A stretch of 64,000 nt of DNA from Nemertoderma westbladi (lineage: Eukaryota > Animalia > Xenacoelomorpha): NCBI GenBank assembly GCA_032718475.1, contig JAUCBJ010004780.1, positions 1-64,000 of the forward strand, read 5' to 3'. Under the pieces are notes generated by a model. That model was not told the DNA's origin, searched no databases, and saw nothing but the letters and a program-made list of their open reading frames with translations. Positions 60,366 through 64,000 of this stretch are shown here, in pieces; within the stretch, counting starts at the first letter, position 1, and each line of letters starts with the position of its first letter. Made by a program: the position numbers and the translations under genes.

Positions 60366-60939
60366 GCTATGATTGATTTTACTCTCTTTTTGTTATTGTT
60401 TTACAGAAGAAGTCGCACTGCCCATGCAGAGGCTTTGGTCCCCGGTCAAGTTTAGTTGACTGGTGGTTATTACAGGCCTACGGTCTAAACTTAAGGAGTT
60501 AATAATTGAATTATAATATATTATTGTTGTTGCAATAAATGGTCGATACCAAAGGGAAGGCATAACAATCACAAAGAGGGTTAATAAAAATAAATTTTCG
60601 TTGAAATAATATTTAAAAAATGTCTTATCGTTCGAGTGCCAACAGGAGCGCTTCTGACAGTGACCAAACCCCTAATCTTGATGTGACTGCAATATCGATA
60701 CATTCCGACCATCCGTCCATAATCAGTGTCTGTGACGTTGAAGGGTACAACCAAACTGAACCCGAAAATCAAACAGCACAAGAAGACGCTATTCGCCAAC
60801 ACTTGGGAGAATATATAAAAGCAGTGGGGGAACAAGAGTTGATAAGGAGATTACGTGGACATCGCCCAACTAGTCCCACCACCAAGAAAATCCTAAAAGA
60901 TATCGGCCAAGACATGGATTTAGAAAGTACCCGGTCCCC

Positions 60940-63275
60940 GGACCCCAAGTACCTTACTGATCTAGACTTTGCTGATGACTTATAAGTACTCTCAGAATCA
61001 CTACTACTACGATCGGCATGCTGCATTGCAGCTGCATTATATATATATTTATATTACATATATGTATATAACTCAAGAAAGCCATGGGCTATCCACTATG
61101 CTTATTCACTCCATGAGGCCGCCAAAGCACAAGATTATGCACTGACTGGTCCTCATGGCGATAGCAATGTCCTGCAAAGCAGAGGGGGCTTTGTTCAAGT
61201 GTCAAGCTAGGGAAGAATGATGGAACACCTCCAATGGCAATGTTGTATAGAGTCTGATTGGAGATGTGTTCATTGTACTTGACACAATGAACCCGGCGTA
61301 GCATTCTTGTGAAAGTGCCATTCAGAGATTTGGTATCCTCTGCAGTTAGAGACCAGCATGGATTCCCATATAAGAGTCTGGTACTACTACTGCCATAAAT
61401 ACTTGAACCTTAAGGTTCCTTTTTATTCTATGGGACTTCCAACGCTACCCATGCCTTCCCCTTACGTATCCGAGGTCGGACCTGACTTTCTGATCCTTGA
61501 TCCCAAGTAGCAGAAGTCATCTACGTGCTCAAGCAAGCCGTTCTTAGAGCTTATGCCCGTACGATCAGACATTTCTTGAGGACTGTCTGTCTAGGTTAAC
61601 TGTCATGATTGTGGTCTTTTTGGAATTTTCAAAAAGACCATCACTAGAAGCAATCTGGTCCAATGATCAGAGGAGCCGTTGGGCTCCCTCTAGTGATTCT
61701 GAGAGTACAGTACTCCTAAGTCATCAGCAAAGTCTAGATCAGTTAGGTACTTGGCAGGATTTCCTTGACTTCTGGAGCCAGTAGGGGGTGTTACCATCAC
61801 CCCGGAATTTACAAAAAGACCATCACTAGAAGCAACCTGCTCCAATGATCAGAGGAGCCGTTGGGCTCCCTCTAGTGATTCTGAGTACTCCTAAGTCATC
61901 AGCAAAGTCTAGATCAGTTAGATACTTGGCAGGATTTCCTCGACTTCTGGAGCCAGTAGGGGGTGTTACCATCACCCCATCTTCATTAAGATGGTCTAAG
62001 GACATGCGTAGAACATAATCAACCACAATTACGAATAAGAATGGTGCAAGTATGTCACCCTGAAGGACTCCCCATAAGACTTCGAATGGATCTGTGTCAC
62101 CATCAGCAGTAGCCACAAATGTGGTGGGACCATCGTACAGTGATCTGATAGCTGCAATAACTTCTTCAGGAATCCCATATGCTGCCAGTATGCTGAACAT
62201 ACGTGGTCGGGAGACTGATTCGAAGGCTTTAAAGAAGTCAACAAAGATAATAGTATTGATAACTCTTATAATATTGATAACTTTTCGATTATCCTTCCAA
62301 GTGCCAGAATAAGCTCCATGGTCCCACGACCTTTACGGAACCCATTTTGGTTCCCACGTAACAGTCTCTCAACAGGATCCCTGATCCGATTTAATAGAAT
62401 GTTGTATAGCTTTGCAGCAATCGCGATTAAAGAGATTCCACGAAAAGATCCGCCTTTTTTTAGGTTGCCCTTGTTTGGGGCTGGGACCAACGTATTTGTT
62501 TTCAGTTCTCAGTACTCTCAGAATCACTGGAGCCCTATGGCTCCTTTGCTCATTGGAGCAGCCTGCTTCTGGTGTAGGTCTTTTTATAAATTCCAATATG
62601 AAACTGTTGACAGTGAAACTTGATAGCACTCAAAGAGATGTCTGATCGTAAAGGCATAAGCTCCAGGGATGTCTTGCTTGTGTATGTGGATGACTTCTGC
62701 TACTTGGGATCATGGATCAGAATGTCAGATACGTAAGAACAGAATAGTCTGTCCAGGATTTGGAAGTCCCATAGAATAAAACGGAACCTTAAGGTTCGAT
62801 TATTTATGGCAGTAGTAGTACCAGTACTCTTATATGGGAGTCCATGCTGGGCTCTAACTGCAGAGGATGCACTTTCACAAGAATGCTGCGCCGGGTTCAT
62901 TGTATCAAGTACAATGAACAGATCTCCAATCAGACGCTATAAAACATTGGAGGTGTTCCATTAATCTCCCCTAGCTTGACACTTGAACGGAACCGGCTCT
63001 GCTTTGCAGCACATTGCTTTCGCCGCGAGGACCAGCCATTGCATAATCTTGTGGCCTCGTGTAGTGAATAAGCATGGTGGACAGCCCATGACTTTCTTGA
63101 GACTTAAAGGACACTGGACATGAATATGTGGATGATCTAGCAAATGTCATGGGTGATAGGGAGTTGTGGCGGCGACATTTTGTCGACAAACCGGCACAGC
63201 ATTCTTAATATAATGTAATATACATAATGCAATGCAGCTGAAATGCAGCATGCCGATAGTAGTAGTAGTAGTACT
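60940..63275 (+). mobile_element. 5'-truncated RTE LINE (sense copy), split by a second RTE copy
   Basis: PKYLTDLDFADD at 60943-60980 continues at 62511 and ends in a (TAG)n tail at ~63257-63273. Confidence 0.8.
61003..62510 (-). mobile_element. 5'-truncated RTE LINE (antisense copy) inserted into the sense copy
   Basis: RGISL..AAKLYN, NQNGFRKGR, GVLQGD.LAPFLF and LTDLDFADD; (TAG)n tail at ~61003; 18-bp TSD AGTACTCTCAGAATCACT (60985-61002, 62511-62528); internal ~170-bp tandem duplication. Confidence 0.88.
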
Positions 63276-63587
63276 ATAAAGCAGAGCGGAATATACCCGT
63301 TGTAGTTTTCGTTGGGCATTGCATGGAAAGTCGGCATTAACGTCCAATTGAAACAATTTGTTGAAAAAACCACACCTTCACCTATCATAATACCAATAAT
63401 AATTAATTATTATATATATATTTATGCAAAACGACTGGCATGGAACTCTACTATTTGACTAAAGGTCAAGTCACATATCAGTTTGTATTAGTCCATTTCT
63501 ACAGGACTGTGTAATTACTGTAATACATCTTATATTGATTAGATAAACCTAGCGATAGGGTGTTTATCTATTATTAACTAATATTTA

Positions 63588-64000
63588 GGGTTATATTGAA
63601 AAATATCGAGACATGAAAAATATCGAGAGTAAAATAACGCGAGTAAAAACATCGAGTGTTGAAAAATAACGATAATATCGAGAGTTCAAAAAATATCGAG
63701 AGTAAAAATATCGAGGGTAAAAATATCGAGAGTAAAAATACCGAGTGTTGAAAAATATCGAGAGTAAAAATATCGAGAGTAAAAATATCGAGTGTAGAAA
63801 AATATCGTGAGTAAAAATATCGAGTGTTGAAAAATATCGAGAGTAAAAATATCGAGTGTTGAAAAATATCGAGTGTTGAAAAATATCGAGTGTTGAAAAA
63901 TATCGAGTGTTGAAAAATATCGAGTGTTGAAAAATATCGAGTGTTGAAAAATATCGAGAGTAAAAATATCGAGTGTTGAAAAATATCGAGAGTAAAAATA
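63588..64000. repeat. 15/17-bp tandem repeat (AAAAATATCGAGAGT / AAAAATATCGAGTGTTG), probably a MITE subterminal array; runs off the window
   Basis: Directly visible. Confidence 0.9.

Noticed and set aside
60408-60503. Candidate next exon of the cupredoxin/FN3 gene after a good TTTTACAG acceptor
   Set aside because: The phase-0 translation (KKSHCPCRGFGPRSSLVDWW..stop) has no convincing FN3 pattern.

Overview
AT-rich, repeat-dense eukaryotic genomic DNA, most likely from an invertebrate animal (spliceosomal introns, metazoan-type genes, many LINE and DNA-transposon remnants). There is no prokaryotic content and no CRISPR array. Genes: three tandem paralogues of a LAPTM/DUF4728-like four-TM protein (one with an in-frame TAG); an intronless OATP/SLCO transporter with an enlarged Tyr-motif loop; intronless eIF3k, NOP16, syntaxin-7/12-like and Mpr1-like GNAT genes; V-ATPase subunit B with one coding intron; and a two-exon C2H2 zinc-finger gene. 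Nine phase-consistent internal exons (21446-33405, +) belong to a large cupredoxin-repeat/CHB_HEX_C/FN3 gene that the ORF track largely misses; its first and last exons I could not find. Most notable patterns: (1) gene-proximal fields of concatenated TA-NNN(N)-TA units that look like stacked DNA-transposon excision footprints, two of them confirmed against empty paralogous sites; (2) near-total intron loss in housekeeping genes beside, and possibly nested within, an intron-rich gene; (3) P-element-type footprints and several TSD-defined nested insertions. Family assignments come from remembered motifs, not database searches.
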